This document shows positions 31,909-45,954 of a stretch of DNA of 64,000 nucleotides, one piece after another. Both the position numbers and the translations under genes were made by a program. Under the pieces are notes generated by a model. The model saw only the letters and a list, made by a program, of their open reading frames with translations. It was not told the origin of the DNA and ran no database searches. The stretch spans positions 62,001 to 126,000 of the forward strand of contig ADNK01002960.1 of assembly GCA_000320545.1 (NCBI GenBank), in the 5' to 3' direction. This stretch comes from Bigelowiella natans CCMP2755 (taxonomy: Eukaryota; Protista; Cercozoa). How positions within the stretch are numbered: position 1 is the stretch's first letter; the number at the start of each line of letters is the position of its first letter.

Positions 31909-32409
31909 CTATTTTTTCGAATTCGTGGCGACCACTTCCGCCCCCAACCCTCGCTTCAATTCCATGCTTAAGAAGTACAAATCCCTAAAGTCGCTGTTGA
32001 ACACCTGGACCCGTCGATCAATGCAAGATTGCTTGATAAAGATTTTGAGTTCGTGAGATATTGCGAGGTCATAGGGAGTGTCCCCATTTCTGTTTTTTAC
32101 CTCAACATTTGCCTTCATCCCAACAAGGTACTTCACAACATCTAGCTTGCCTTCGCTGGCTGCATGAATCAACGGTGTCCAACCACCTTCGTCCTTGATC
32201 TCGATGTTTGCCTTCATCCCAACAAGGTACGCCACAACATCTAGCCGGCCTTCGCTGGCTGCAAAAATCAACGACGTCCAACCATTTTTGTCCTTGCTCT
32301 CGATGTTTGCCTTCATCCCAACAAGGTACTTCACAACATCTAGCTGGCCTTTCCTGGCTGCATTAATCAACGGTGTCCTATCACCTTCAGGGGACAATGC
32401 ATGTCGCAA
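31909..32409 (-). CDS. Ankyrin-repeat protein (3 near-identical 33-aa repeats plus a partial fourth; 5' exon likely upstream)
   Basis: TPLINAARKGQLDVVKYLVGMKANIE / TSLIFAASEGRLDVVAYLVGMKANIE / TPLIHAASEGKLDVVKYLVGMKANVE / GDTPYDLA, with 99-bp DNA periodicity. Confidence 0.88.
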   Translation of the reverse strand: MRHALSPEGDRTPLINAARKGQLDVVKYLVGMKANIESKDKNGWTSLIFAASEGRLDVVAYLVGMKANIEIKDEGGWTPLIHAASEGKLDVVKYLVGMKANVEVKNRNGDTPYDLAISHELKIFIKQSCIDRRVQVFNSDFRDLYFLSMELKRGLGAEVVATNSKK

Positions 32410-33007
32410 CCTTCAATTTGTATTGGTTTTCACAGAGGGGAATGGAATGGCTCAATCAACTGAATTTACCGATTTTTAATGCCTCATGACCCATCGTCGC
32501 CAACCCCTACACCAAGACACAACAGAAGCTCTTCGCCTGCCCCAGGAGAAGTTGGCCAGAGCGTGCTCTGACTTTCTTGGAAAAGGACATGTGATTTTAA
32601 ATGGTTGTGGACATCTTGAAAAAGAGGGGTTTGAGGGGAATCCTCTCTCTTGCTAGCTAAAGTGTGTGTAATTATTCAACACAATTAATTACTGTTCCGT
32701 GATGCGATGAAAACTTGATGCGAAAATTGCCTTCAGTTTACGGTCTGAGATGAAGCGGGAGGCGCGAATTCGTCGGGAATTTGTGCATGACAAAACATGG
32801 AAAGGTAAACATGTAGTCTTTGCATTGTAGGAAATTTGAGTCCAAGCATTTACTCACAACCCCGCGATTCATGCTGCTGCACCATGACTATCGATGCGAA
32901 TTCTTAGAAGGGTTAGTGGGATTCGAAAGTCATATATTGCGGTGACACCAGCTTCAAGTATCTAGAGGCAATTCCGGGATATGATCTGCTGAAATGAAAA
33001 GATATAT

Positions 33008-33042
<35 letters not shown>

Positions 33043-33049
<7 letters not shown>

Positions 33050-33144
33050 AAAGTCATGTAAATATGCGTGATATTATTGCTAGATATTTATGTGAGCTAG
33101 CTTAAATGAGATCACTAATGGGATTGTTTCAAGTATAATATATA

Positions 33145-33183
<39 letters not shown>

Positions 33184-33277
33184 GTGTATATTTGAAAGTC
33201 ATGTGAATATACGTGATATAATTGCTAGATATTTATGTGCTAGTTTGGATGAGATCACTAATAGGATTGTTTCAAGT
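33043..33277. repeat. ~90-bp direct duplication (33043-33134, 33188-33277), each copy preceded by a (TA)n run
   Basis: Direct alignment. Four of the differences are TA vs TG. Confidence 0.85.
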
Positions 33278-33749
33278 TGAATCCGAAAAACTACATGATA
33301 TGTATTCAAACATTTGCCTTCCCATCCAGGGCGACCAAAAACCTCAACTTGATAGATATGCAGAACAAGCGCCAGCTATCGTTTCTATGGCGACAGATAA
33401 GAAGCTCGTCACTGCCAAACGGGAACTGCTCAATGTACTCGCAGTATGATGCAAAATCAAAGTAGTGTGTATGTGTTTGTGCCATTTTACAACATCTACG
33501 ACACTTTGCTCTTTTTCATCTTGAACAACCGAATGAGTAATGCCAACGCAAGCGGCAGAAAAGTATTGTTTCGCGACAGTCTAAAAATAATCAATACGCT
33601 TATTAAAACTAGCTTGACGAATTGTCCTTTCTATTTCTCTCAATTGTGGTTAATCGCACATTTGCGCATGAAAGCTGCTGATAGTTCCTTGAGTCTCTTG
33701 GACGGCCCCTGTTGTGATCATGATCACCGTCACAGACTCGTCTAAAGAT

Positions 33750-35150
33750 TCCGGTATTTTGACATAATTGTGATGATAATCACTGGAGCAGCCATCACAA
33801 ATGTCACAAATGTGTGTGTTCCTGTTGTAGTACGCGAAGACAGACGAGCTCCAGTGTCTGTGTCAACAACGATGAGCGTCTTTGGTTGGTTTGTCCTCCA
33901 CTGTGAATTCATTGCAAATGCAACTGTGCTACCAACGCCTCTGTCCTCATGGCATGCTTCCACGTTTGCATTTTAGGTCAGATGAGTTGCCAAGCTCCGA
34001 GGCGGTACGTCTCGCGTCGTCACCATCATCAGAGCTAGAGAGAACGATTTGAGTTCTTGAGCCCTTTCAGACTTCTCTGACGACACCATGTTAGGCACGG
34101 TGTTGCACACATGATGGTGGATGGCTCCTGCAATTCAACTGCAGCACACATGATGAGACATCGCCGACTCAGCTACAACACACATGATGGATGAAGGCAA
34201 CCAACTTTGCTCCAAGGCCGCAATGCGAGAAAGCACACGACTAGATGACACATGTTGAAATGAATTTGGCCAGTGAATTTGTTGAAAATGTCAAAATCTG
34301 CGCCCCACACGTATAGACGTTGTCAATGTCTCTGCAAATTTCCGATCTTGCACACGCGCGCAGACACGGATGCTGCTGTTCTAGTGCTAGTCCCATGCCG
34401 ATTTGTAGATTGCACCTTCAATCGCAAGTCTCGCGCGGGCACTAATCGACCGATGCGGCGCAAAACGAAGGATCACTAACACTAGAACAACACACATCGT
34501 CTAGTTGTGTGTCACGTTGGACTCAGCATGGCACATGCACATTGCACTGCACTAGCGTGCAAGTCGCTCGCATGGCCAGGTCTAGAGGTAGCTGATGCAT
34601 GCTAGCATGGTGGCACGTGAAGGTCCACACTTGGCTAGCGATGGATTTAGAGCTAGCTACTTGTTGCTTAGCCAACCGCCCAGCGCTAGAGCAGCCGCCT
34701 GGAAAGCTGAGCATGCATGCATTGCGCCTGCAGCTAAACAGGAAAGACGTGGACGCGCACAGCTTTGGCTAGCTAGATCGGCAAAGCTCATTATGTGTGT
34801 GCTGTCATTCCTTGATTTAACAAACTAGCGGGCGAATCATTGTCTAGATTGTCGCACTTGCCTACTCACAATTTGCTAAAGTTGTTGCACCTGGGCGGTT
34901 TTGGTGTGCACAATTGTGGCAGCATATGGCAATCTGGCATGGCAATGCAAATTGCAGTCATGCACGGAAGCGTAACGGTAGGCGGTAGCAGACTGAAAGT
35001 GCACCGCTGAGTCGTTTGCGCGGTGGGTCAGTGTTTTGTGCGTGCGCACTCGCACAAGCTAGTAATGCTAGAATGACCTTGGCAAATTTGAACAGTGCCA
35101 CTCCTGCCGGTGAACGGTCGCGCATGAATGCAAAAAAGCCGACACAACAT
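33750..35150. other. TpA-depleted, CTAG-rich patch marking the end of the accessory compartment
   Basis: Many CTAG at 34380-34850 and few other TA. Ordinary microsatellite-rich gene DNA starts beyond ~35.2 kb. Confidence 0.7.
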
Positions 35151-35799
35151 GCATGTGATCGACGTGATTTTCAAGTACTACTTTGCAACATCTTTGATGT
35201 TCCATGGCGCCATGCAAACGGCTTTGGTCGCATTCCGCGCTTCATCGAACGTTATCGCTAGAGCCGTAAAAATAGCGATTGGTGTAGGTATGAATCATCA
35301 CCGCGAGCAACAACTTACGACATCTTTTCATCCTCAGCTCGTGATGCAATACCTGAACGAATGCACACTCATTGCAAATCTAGCAGCATCTATAGAACTA
35401 CATGTATATATATAAGACTCTCTCTGAAAAGCACTCTTTGTACAACTACTGCGTCTTTGCTCTAGACGTTCACTGATATTTCTACTTTGGCGTTTATAGA
35501 AAACGAAATGAATACGGCACACACACATACACACACACCACACACACACACACACACAATGTTTTTCGCATCTCTCTTTGTTGATTTCTTTCCGTTTTCA
35601 CATGAACAAACTACCACGGGCAGATGCAGGCATCGAGCTACCAGGACGAGGTGCTGACCACAAACACAACGTCAAATATGCAACCTTGCATCAAAACCCG
35701 CCCTTTCCCTACTATGCCAACCGTTTGGAAAAAAAGGAAGGAAAAACACATAACACACGACGGATATATACGCGCTGAAAATATCGAATTTTGTTTGCC

Positions 35800-36081
35800 C
35801 TTCAGCAACCACAGTGCGGGGAAGACTTCGGGTACGGTGCTAAGTCTATGCTGTATGTTTCGTCGGAGGGGGGGAGAGGAGGGGGATATGCTATTCAGTA
35901 CATCGCGCCACGCTTCCATTCTGCGGCACGCGAAAGTCCAATCGAGCCATTGCCTTTGAAACGAGTAAACACGGACAAACGAGCCGGCATTATCATCACC
36001 ATTGCACAGATAAGAGACGCTTGCCAGGCCGCGCGCAGTTGCATTTTTCTCGTGCTCTCTAGCCACTTCTCGATTCATACA

Positions 36082-36125
<44 letters not shown>

Positions 36126-37522
36126 GATACAAGTAACAGGACGATGCTCTTGCGCATAAAAACGGAGAGCCTCTGCACAAAACGCCGAGGAAACCTCCAC
36201 AGCTGCGAACAACGTGGAGACAACGCGACTGCACAAGTTCAGCTCTCACGCTTTACCTGCCGAGTCAGCCTAACAGCGGCCAGAGACGCCTCCTTCATCA
36301 GTAGGCTCTGCTCCTTTTGAATTGGGATGGGGGGGCAGGGGCGGAAGGGAAAAGCACGTCAAGAAACAAGCGTTAATCTCCTTGAAAAACAACGAGAAGT
36401 ATAGATCGAGTATATCTGGCAATGGCCCCGCACAGTAATAACTCTCCGACCCTGGAATGATAATCTAGAGCTGGGAGGCGGCATCACATCTCTAGCGAGG
36501 AAGAAGGACTCACCGTTGCGAGCATTGCTTGAAACTCTTCGTCGCCTTCAAAGCCTATATCAAGAAAAATGGACGAAATCAAAACTCCACACTGTAAATA
36601 TATATATATATATATATATATTGATATATTTACATATTAAATATCATATATAGCATAATAATTGTACATAACGAGTTCATATCAGCTTTCACACGGTCAA
36701 CTGATGGATCTCTGCTTTTACCCTCTTCCCCCCCCCCCCCCTCATCTTAAAAGCGTCTCGCCGCAATACAAAAGGCACACCCGTACTTTCCGAAGTGAGG
36801 TCGTGTGGTGGAAAATCGTTTGTTCGCAACAAGACACAACGCCGTACACTGCAAGATTTAACTCAACCTGGCGCTGCTGCAGCATAGCTGGAGAAGTAGT
36901 CGTGCGACTCGAGAGCATCTTCTTCATTTTGGCCAAAGTCCTGAAACAACCAAATCCATGCGAGGCGTGAGCTGTTACTAAAGCGAGGAGGGGCGCGTGA
37001 TGACCAAATAACCAAACTTATCATAATGTAATGTACGTCATCAGTTGTAGAGGATTAATGCAGAACCTCGATCTTACTCAAAAACCATGCTAAATTATTA
37101 AAGGGAAGATGTCGGTTGGCACTATAGTGTGAGAGCCTCTGCAAACCTACCTCTCTTGGATGTTGTGGTGTGCGAGCTCTGTCGCCGTTGAAAGGCCGAT
37201 TGCCACCGCCTCCTCCCCCCCCCCCTCCTCCTCTTCCACCCCCCTCGTTATGATGGCTGTTTGCTGCATTAGTACATAAAATTAAACGCCGTATATTTAG
37301 CGTCAAGACTAGATAATAGCAAAATTGTGAGTGCGGACTACTGGGAGGAAACAAGAGCTGATAAGAGGTAGAATCGAGGAATAAAACCGCTGATGATTCT
37401 TATCGTGCTATGTATGTTCTAAATATATACACTAATGCCATTCTGTTGGGTGAAACAGCAAAATAAGTGTGATATCGCTCGCAACTGAGAGGTACTAGTA
37501 TCTTGGTGCCAACTCACCCTTC

Positions 37523-37568
<46 letters not shown>

Positions 37569-38066
37569 GAGAGAAAGAAATAGAGAGAGAGAGATAGAGA
37601 TATCTTGAACAACGACTACCTCGTGCATCCTGGAGTTCCTGCTTCAATCTAAGCCGCCAAAAAGCAAAAGAAAAAGCGAAATATTTAACTTCTTCCTTTC
37701 CTCTGCTGTAGTCCCTCCTCCCCTCCCTCCCCCCCCCCCCTTTTTGTTGTCTGTGTATGCTCACAGTAGATATGAAGCAACCTTTGCACCAGAGCGTTCT
37801 TCGAGTCAACTTCCACTAATTCAAAAACGGAAAGGAGCGGGGAAAAAGAACATATCAACATAATAGGAAGTGTATTAACTTCAGCACCGTCATTAAAATG
37901 CCCCGCCACCATGCGCGAGGAAATCACTCGAAAGTAGCGAACACAAGTACGACTTTGCTTGCGCTCTAGATCCCCCTTTAGAGCAATCAGCTGGGAGCTG
38001 CAAAGTAAAGCACAAAGCGAGTAAGAATTTTCGATGTTTAAGATATATATATATATATATATATAC

Positions 38067-38103
<37 letters not shown>

Positions 38104-40168
38104 CTATACGATATAATATTATATACAAAATCTATACAATAGGAAACACAACTTTGATGAGGCTTCGGTCTGCTCGATTCTCTGCATATGTTGTGGGGGC
38201 GGCGCACACAAGAGAGAGAGACGAGAGACACACACACATTTTGTCAAAACCATTTGCAGGGCGAAGATCCGCACGCATCTTCCACGCCACGCATAAATAT
38301 ATAGCGTGTCACAAACATATCAAGGCACTCCGTTGGAAATTCAGACGAAAATAATCGAAAAATACAATCCAGCCTCGGAACAAATGCCCATGCACACCAC
38401 CCTTAGTCACGATCTTCTACAACGTTTCGTGTTGTTTTATGACACTAATTTGAACGCAGAGGTGATGCAAGCATCGAGTCTTATCGCACGCCTCGTCGGA
38501 ATTGCGGAAAAGCAAACGGTAGAGTACCCGCGTCAACTCATCGTTCTTCTTTTGGATTTTAAGCAGGTCTTTATTCCTCTCCCTGATCTCGCTGTGGGGA
38601 AGGAAGAAAGGGACAAACTGTTATTTTCAACCCACGCCCTTACTATTGAGGAAAATCATGCCGCGTCGTGTGCATATGTGCGGGGCGTCAAACGTGCTGA
38701 CTTTAGCTTTCGATTCTCCTCCATCGCTGCCTCGTATTGCCTCTTCAACTTCATCTGCAAGCGGTGATTACAAGCCGGCATTTCACGCGAGGAAATCGAA
38801 GAACGTATCAAAAAACACAGTGCAACGGTTCGGAACCAAACGGCAAGCAGGAAGATTTACGACGAGAAAAACCAGGCCCTTTAATGGGCTCCAGTAATGT
38901 ATTGATGTGGTTTGTAACACGTACATATTCGTCTCTTTCAGGGCTCAACTGCCGCTTCAGCCTATGCGGGGAACAAGAGCAAATTGCACTTCAAAACAAA
39001 TACGCTCGACGCTCTTCCCAGGAGAAGAGAAAGCGAATTGGAAGTTTCACTAACACCCACCGCGCTTCACGTGCGTTTCGACGCCAAAAAAAAGAGAAAA
39101 AGGAGAAAAAGAAAGAATCCATCACCATCACCGTCGTCGTCATCGTCATCATCATCATCATAATGATTGAGAAAAAACCGGACATTGGACGCGGCTGTTT
39201 CACTATCACATTCTCTCCCATACAAGCTACCCGCCATGCGCTGTGAGCGTCAACTTCGCCTTGACTCCTACAGCGCCTTTGGCGTTTTTAGCGCCCTCCT
39301 GCCCCATTGGTAGTAGGAATGTCTTCGTTTCCTCCCCGCCCTTCTGTGCAAATCACACGCGCCAAAGTCAGCTCTTGACTTGTTCGGGGAACAACCCCGC
39401 TGCGTAAGCGACTCCTTTCCGCCGAAACGGGGGGGAGGGAAATACGCTCGATAAGGAGGATTAGCCCTCTTCATCGGAGATAGCGAAAAAATACTGGGAA
39501 AACGCGCCCCGCAAACATCGTTTCGGAGAGTCAAAACTCGTCTCGCCTCGCCATTATCGACGTTATTGGCGCAATGGTTAAAAAAGAAAAATCTGCCTCT
39601 CCCAAGCGATAACGATGGTAGGAATGCTTTTTGGTGTCTTTGCCACCCCCTGAAGTCAGGAATACTGCCACCACGACTACTTCTACTAGGGTGTTATCTC
39701 TTAATGACGGTTCGACGATGTCGCGCTTTACCAGCTCAATCGTCCGTGATATGAAGTTCCAAGCAGCACTGTTCTTTGATTCCCGGCATTTCTGTTAAAG
39801 GCAGTGGACGTTAAGGGCATCGATGACGGATAGGCCAGGGATGAGGAGGTGCGGTATTCTGTTATTATGCTATTACAACCGGGAATGCTATGCCTATGCA
39901 TACATCACTATCAACGCAAAGCATATCGCAGGTCATTTTAACGTAACGAGTCATTTGTCCAAAAAACTGAATGCCCACTATCATTTCCCTCTCTTGCCTG
40001 TCTCTCGATTCACCGCCCCCTCTCCCATCCCCCCCCCTTCCTCTACTGCAATGGACGACAACGCAGACTCACGTTGTACGTCGAGCCGGAGAGCTGTACG
40101 CACGATGGAACCTGGATTTTTAAAACAAGTTATTTTATAATAACAAGCAACTAGAACAGATCTTGCAA

Positions 40169-40233
<65 letters not shown>

Positions 40234-40384
40234 ATGCAAAAAGCGATTTGAGAGCGAGGGCCTAGATTGCTAGAATGTATTGCATAAATGACGCCATTGC
40301 TGCACGCACGCACCCCTGTCTGCCTCAGCACATCTGCAAAGGAAACCTGCCAAATATGTATGATATATTATATATTGAGAATCA

Positions 40385-40431
<47 letters not shown>

Positions 40432-40480
40432 TATAGCTCTATCTTAACAATCTTCACTGTTTCAAGATTGATAAACCGAA

Positions 40481-40518
<38 letters not shown>

Positions 40519-41758
40519 CCTCTCTCTCTATGTGTTGTTGTTGTTTTGTGTGTGTGTTTGTGCATGCTCTTCCTGTGTATTTGATGATCATGTGCCATTA
40601 CGGTGTCTCCAAAGTAGCAATAGCGAGGAGCATTAATCCCCACAACCTAAACCACATTACATTTGTACTTTATACACAACACACACACATACACACACGC
40701 ACACACACACATTACACACACACACACACACACACACGCGCGCGCGCAATCCATAAATGCGGATTTGTAACAACACGAACCCACCCCCGCATAGGCCCTT
40801 CCTGTATGCACGCCGACCCGAACTTTTATCTATATAATAAGTTAAATCGAAATAACGTTAGGATATGTCTTTCGTAAGCAGCGAAGCCCTATTATCTTCG
40901 TGACCCCCTTTCCCCCCCCCCCCCCCCCCCCCCCCGCCCTTCTTTTTCCTTCAAAATCTAAGCGATTTATCTCGTCGCTGTTGGATGTTCTGGCTAGTTG
41001 CATCGGTATGTGCAGCAGCCGCTACTTACGTGTTTGCCGTTGGAATGAGTCAGCTTCTGCGAGGCCTAATGGGACAGGGTAGAACCAACATTGCGCGCGC
41101 TCAACCATATTACATATATATAATATTGGTATATATATATATATATTATATATATATATTATATATAAATATATATATATATATATTATATATAAATACA
41201 AATATATCTAGATATATGCACACGGGCTGATGGATATATTTAAAAAAAAAAGGAATACAGGCAGAATAACACAATATATCTTGATGTGTGGGTACTGAAC
41301 ATCAAGTATAAAGATGAATACTGGCGGAACAACTCGTAATATATCTTGATATATATCTAAATTATATATAATACTATTTTTATGGCTGTTCCCAGCCGAT
41401 TTAAACCTTCAGCATGGCCTCCGCAAACCGCATCATTCTCACCGCGTGGTCCTTCTGTATACACGACACAACAGCGACAAACGCAGCGCCCTCAGTGTGC
41501 TCCTTGCCAGAAAGCTTTTGGGTTTTGAGATTCAGGTCGAGAAGCAAACTTTTGTACGGCGAACTTCCAAATGCCCCGCCAACACCGAGCCACCACTCAG
41601 GGCTGCTGCTGTTGGCGGAGGCGAGTTTGAATGGGGAGGGAAACGTTGTTTTCCCTGCAAAACTCGTGACTTTTTATTGAGTGTATATGTAGGTTCTGAG
41701 TAGCGCCTGACTGGGAGTCTTTCTCTTTCTGCCTCTCTCTCGCTCTCTCTCAGTGTGC

Positions 41759-41797
<39 letters not shown>

Positions 41798-41826
41798 GGT
41801 GCGTGCGTGAGAAAGAGAGAGAGAGC

Positions 41827-41873
<47 letters not shown>

Positions 41874-43610
41874 CGAGGGAGAATGAGCACAAATGCAGTT
41901 TCCTAATCACGCAAATTCTCACATTTCCCTCTTGCCCTGACGTGGCCATGTAGACATCCCCAAACGTGGCGACTGGCAAAATAACACCGCAAACAAGCAT
42001 CGCTCACGGCTCTTCTACATCAACGGCGCGGCCGCTCATAAACCCCGTACCTGCTTGCACGCCGCACTTTTCAGCCAGTTTGTCAAAGGTCGCGAAGATC
42101 TGATGATTGCGGAAAAATGCAGCACCAATACAACACAGTTTGCTGAACTATTTATATCAGCAAGAGGAAGGGTGACTGCGCCTCTATCATCGGCTCAAGG
42201 CCGGGCGAGGAGACTAGTAACATCTCCATATATGCCTACTACTGTATGAAGGTTTGTATCATATTGCCTTCACGCCAATCGGCACTTAAGTCTCAATGAA
42301 CATATCCTAACACGCATCCATATGTGATACCTCATTCACGAGAAGAAGCAAGTTAGGCGTGGAGAGGTGAGCTGCCAGAGAAGAGAAGTCCTCGATATCC
42401 TTCAATCATCATCGATGCTCAGCAAGAGAATGCGCAATAACGACACGGATTGCAGTGCAATCAATCCCAAGCACATATAACAAATCCGTCACGACTTCAC
42501 CCGTATTGACGCCGAAACTCATATAAAAACCAACCTATTTCACATTGTAAGCTCACGGCATAAACCCTACAAACATGCAGCATCTGAACAGCGTGCTTTG
42601 GGAAAGATCTAGTTTGCGCGGTGCCCTCATACCGCAAACAGAATCGTCACGGAGTCGAAGCTGTCCGCTATCAGATGTTCTCCTGTTTCACACAAGCACC
42701 CACACGATGTCGCAAATATGCGAAATATAGCGAAAAGCACATTTACATCTATTAAATGAAATGTAGTTGTAAGTATGGATTTTCCATCATCATCGCTACA
42801 ACACCTTTAATGGTAACCAAATCAGCATCCACGCCACATTCGTTCTTCTTGGTTAGTCACGTGTCAATCATGCTACTATCACCATGGAGCAGTCGCGTTG
42901 TGACCGAATACGGCAAAATCTTGTGCAGCAGCCTTAGCTCCTCCGCCTCTCGCATTTCCTTTTGCCATACCTACACAACGCGCGCGCAAGCAAGATGCCA
43001 TGCCGAAAGTAGTCAGGACGTTAAAGATAGTGAAAATGCCTAAATCGCAGCGAATCTGTGACTTCCACTCTCGTCTCTCGGCTATATTAACACATTTTGA
43101 GGCAAAGGGCAGGTAATACTTATGCTCTAACAGGGAACGGCTTGACGCAGTATGTTAATAATTTAGGCGTTTTTTGAAGTCAATATACACAAATATCTAT
43201 ATAATATATATATATATATATATATATTGATTGTATAACCTGCTTTAGCTGTATTTGAGTCCTCACTCGAGCAAGTAGCTCCACCTAATCAAGGTTCATT
43301 TTTATAAATATATATGCATATCTTCCAGATCACGTACAGAATAGCCGGGGGGCGGGGCGGGGGGGGGGGGGGGGGGGGGAAAAAGCCAAGCCTCAACTGT
43401 AAAATACGCACGCAAGCGTTATATCTCGACTAACGCTTTTCCCCACACCTTCTTAAAGGGCTTTGACACGTAGTCGTTTGCGCCGTGGTTGAGCCCCGTC
43501 GCAATGCTTTCAGCTGCGCTTTTCGCGGAAACCTATCAGAAGCGATACAATCTGAGCTCTCTTTATTGCGCCTTCGCCGCCGCCCCCCCCTCTCCCCCCC
43601 TCTATCTCTT

Positions 43611-43656
<46 letters not shown>

Positions 43657-44409
43657 TACATAAATAAAAATGTGTATGAAAATATATAATACATATGTTT
43701 AAGTATCATCCTGAAGCATGTAGATCACTATTGGGAACGGCATAGACGGCGCTCATTATTCCCCCCAATCATCATCATCATCATCACCATCATCTATACG
43801 AAAATCATCGTATTTTACCATAATTATCGGCAGAGCGCGGGTTGGGTACCTTCGGTGTGTGTAAGAAATTTGATAAGACGGCGAATCGAGCGCCCCCCCC
43901 CCCCCCCCCCTCCCGCACTAAAATCAAACCCGCCCATTCATTCGTTGTTACACGCTGCGTCATCGCTACTATTACTTCGATCTAAGGTGCTCCGCGACTT
44001 TGTAGCCGGACATTCCAGGCATCATCACGTCTAAAATCATACGTTAATGAATATCAGCGCACCGTCATTAGCGAATACAACCGACAACGAAGAAACATCC
44101 AAATCCTAACACCGCGCCTCAATCGGCGCGACTTGTCCGCGGAGACAAAGGCCATCTCTAACCCCTTCCGCAACGCGAAAATCACAAGATTGCTTCTTGG
44201 CCTTTCCTCAAAAAAATTTGGAAAACAAAACCCCTCGAAATGCATGGTGGCAAACAGCGTCTGCGACCGCGCGAAAGGAGTGGAAAAATCCAACCACAAA
44301 AGTAAAGGGAAAAACTACGAGGAATTACCAAGAAGAATGACGTCAGGAAGCCAGTCGCCAGGCGACTCATGCTATTCCAACAGCACCACAAACAACACTT
44401 CTCACCAGC

Positions 44410-44449
<40 letters not shown>

Positions 44450-44736
44450 TTATAATATACAAATAAATAGAATTCGCGTGTATAAAATCAAAACAGAGAA
44501 TAATCTGTACAAACGAATACTCCTTTCCCCCGTCCGCACGCCTTCTCCCCCCCCCCTCCCCGTATGCGTTCTAAACAGGATGGATTGATGCAGCTATTTG
44601 GAGATCTGTACGTCATCATCCGTCTCCCCCTTCTCGAATTTGGTGAAACGTTCCTATCAACAACACACGAATGAGAAGGCTTTTTGCACTGCTACTGCGT
44701 GTATATATATAAAGATATATATATCTATCTCTCTCC

Positions 44737-44787
<51 letters not shown>

Positions 44788-45315
44788 ATATTCGTTTAAT
44801 GATGACCTTTACGGTGTCCAATGCCTCAAATCCATTCATCGCTTTGATGACCTTGTACCCCGCCGCGCGAAGGACGTTTGCCATCACCTAGAAGGCCGAA
44901 TATCACGACGTAACCCGAGAATGCCTCTCTTGCATATCGCACATAGATCGCGCCGATGCTTAAATATTGCGATGAAGAAGTCGAAGGCATCGCGCTGATG
45001 CTATTATAGTAGGAAGGCTTTCGTCGCCATGCGTTGGTAACGCCTCGAGGAGCTACGACGTAATCCCTCTCCCCCCCCCCTCTCCTCCCTCATGCTGCGA
45101 TTGTGCGAAGCTCGCCTACCATCTGATTCACTGGATCGTCGTCAACCGACAGCACCGTGTACTGCGCGTGCATTGGGTTTGGATTTAGATGAAACACGAA
45201 CGAGGGTAAGGGAGGAGAATACAATGAGAATGCAAGAAACCAAAGAGCGATAAGAAGTGAGCGAGGGAGGGAATGGGGGAATGGGAGAAATAGAGAGAGA
45301 GAAGAGGAAGAGAGA

Positions 45316-45347
<32 letters not shown>

Positions 45348-45659
45348 AAGTGAGAGGTTTGAGGGCAGGAGAAAATGAACACAAGCGTAAACACACGGCA
45401 GCACAGAGACAAACGTCCACACGCGATATCCTTTACTCTGAGCTGCATTCAAATGGCAAAGAGACAACGAATAGCGGCTCGCATGATGTGCCTTTTTCTC
45501 TGCTTTCTCCTTGCTTTTCTCGCTTCCAATGTCCTTCGTCGGGTTGAAGATGTACGGGTGATCTTCCGCTCTGGGAACCTGATATCACCGGGGATTGCAT
45601 CGTCGCTCTCAGCGTTGTTTCGCTAGGCAAGTGATACGTGCCTTTGCAATATATCATAT

Positions 45660-45701
<42 letters not shown>

Positions 45702-45914
45702 CTCTAAGTGTGCTTCTGTGTGCGTGCATCAACCGCACAACCGTAACAAACAAGCCTCTCAAGTGCCAATATCGGCACGCGAGGATAGATACCTCGTGCT
45801 CGCCCTGCGCTCTCGCCCCTCCTACGTGGAAAGCAGCACCCACAACGACAGACGTCAGTTGATGGATATACAAATCTCACAACTGCATAGCGCCAAAGTA
45901 TAATAGTATTTTAG

Positions 45915-45954
<40 letters not shown>

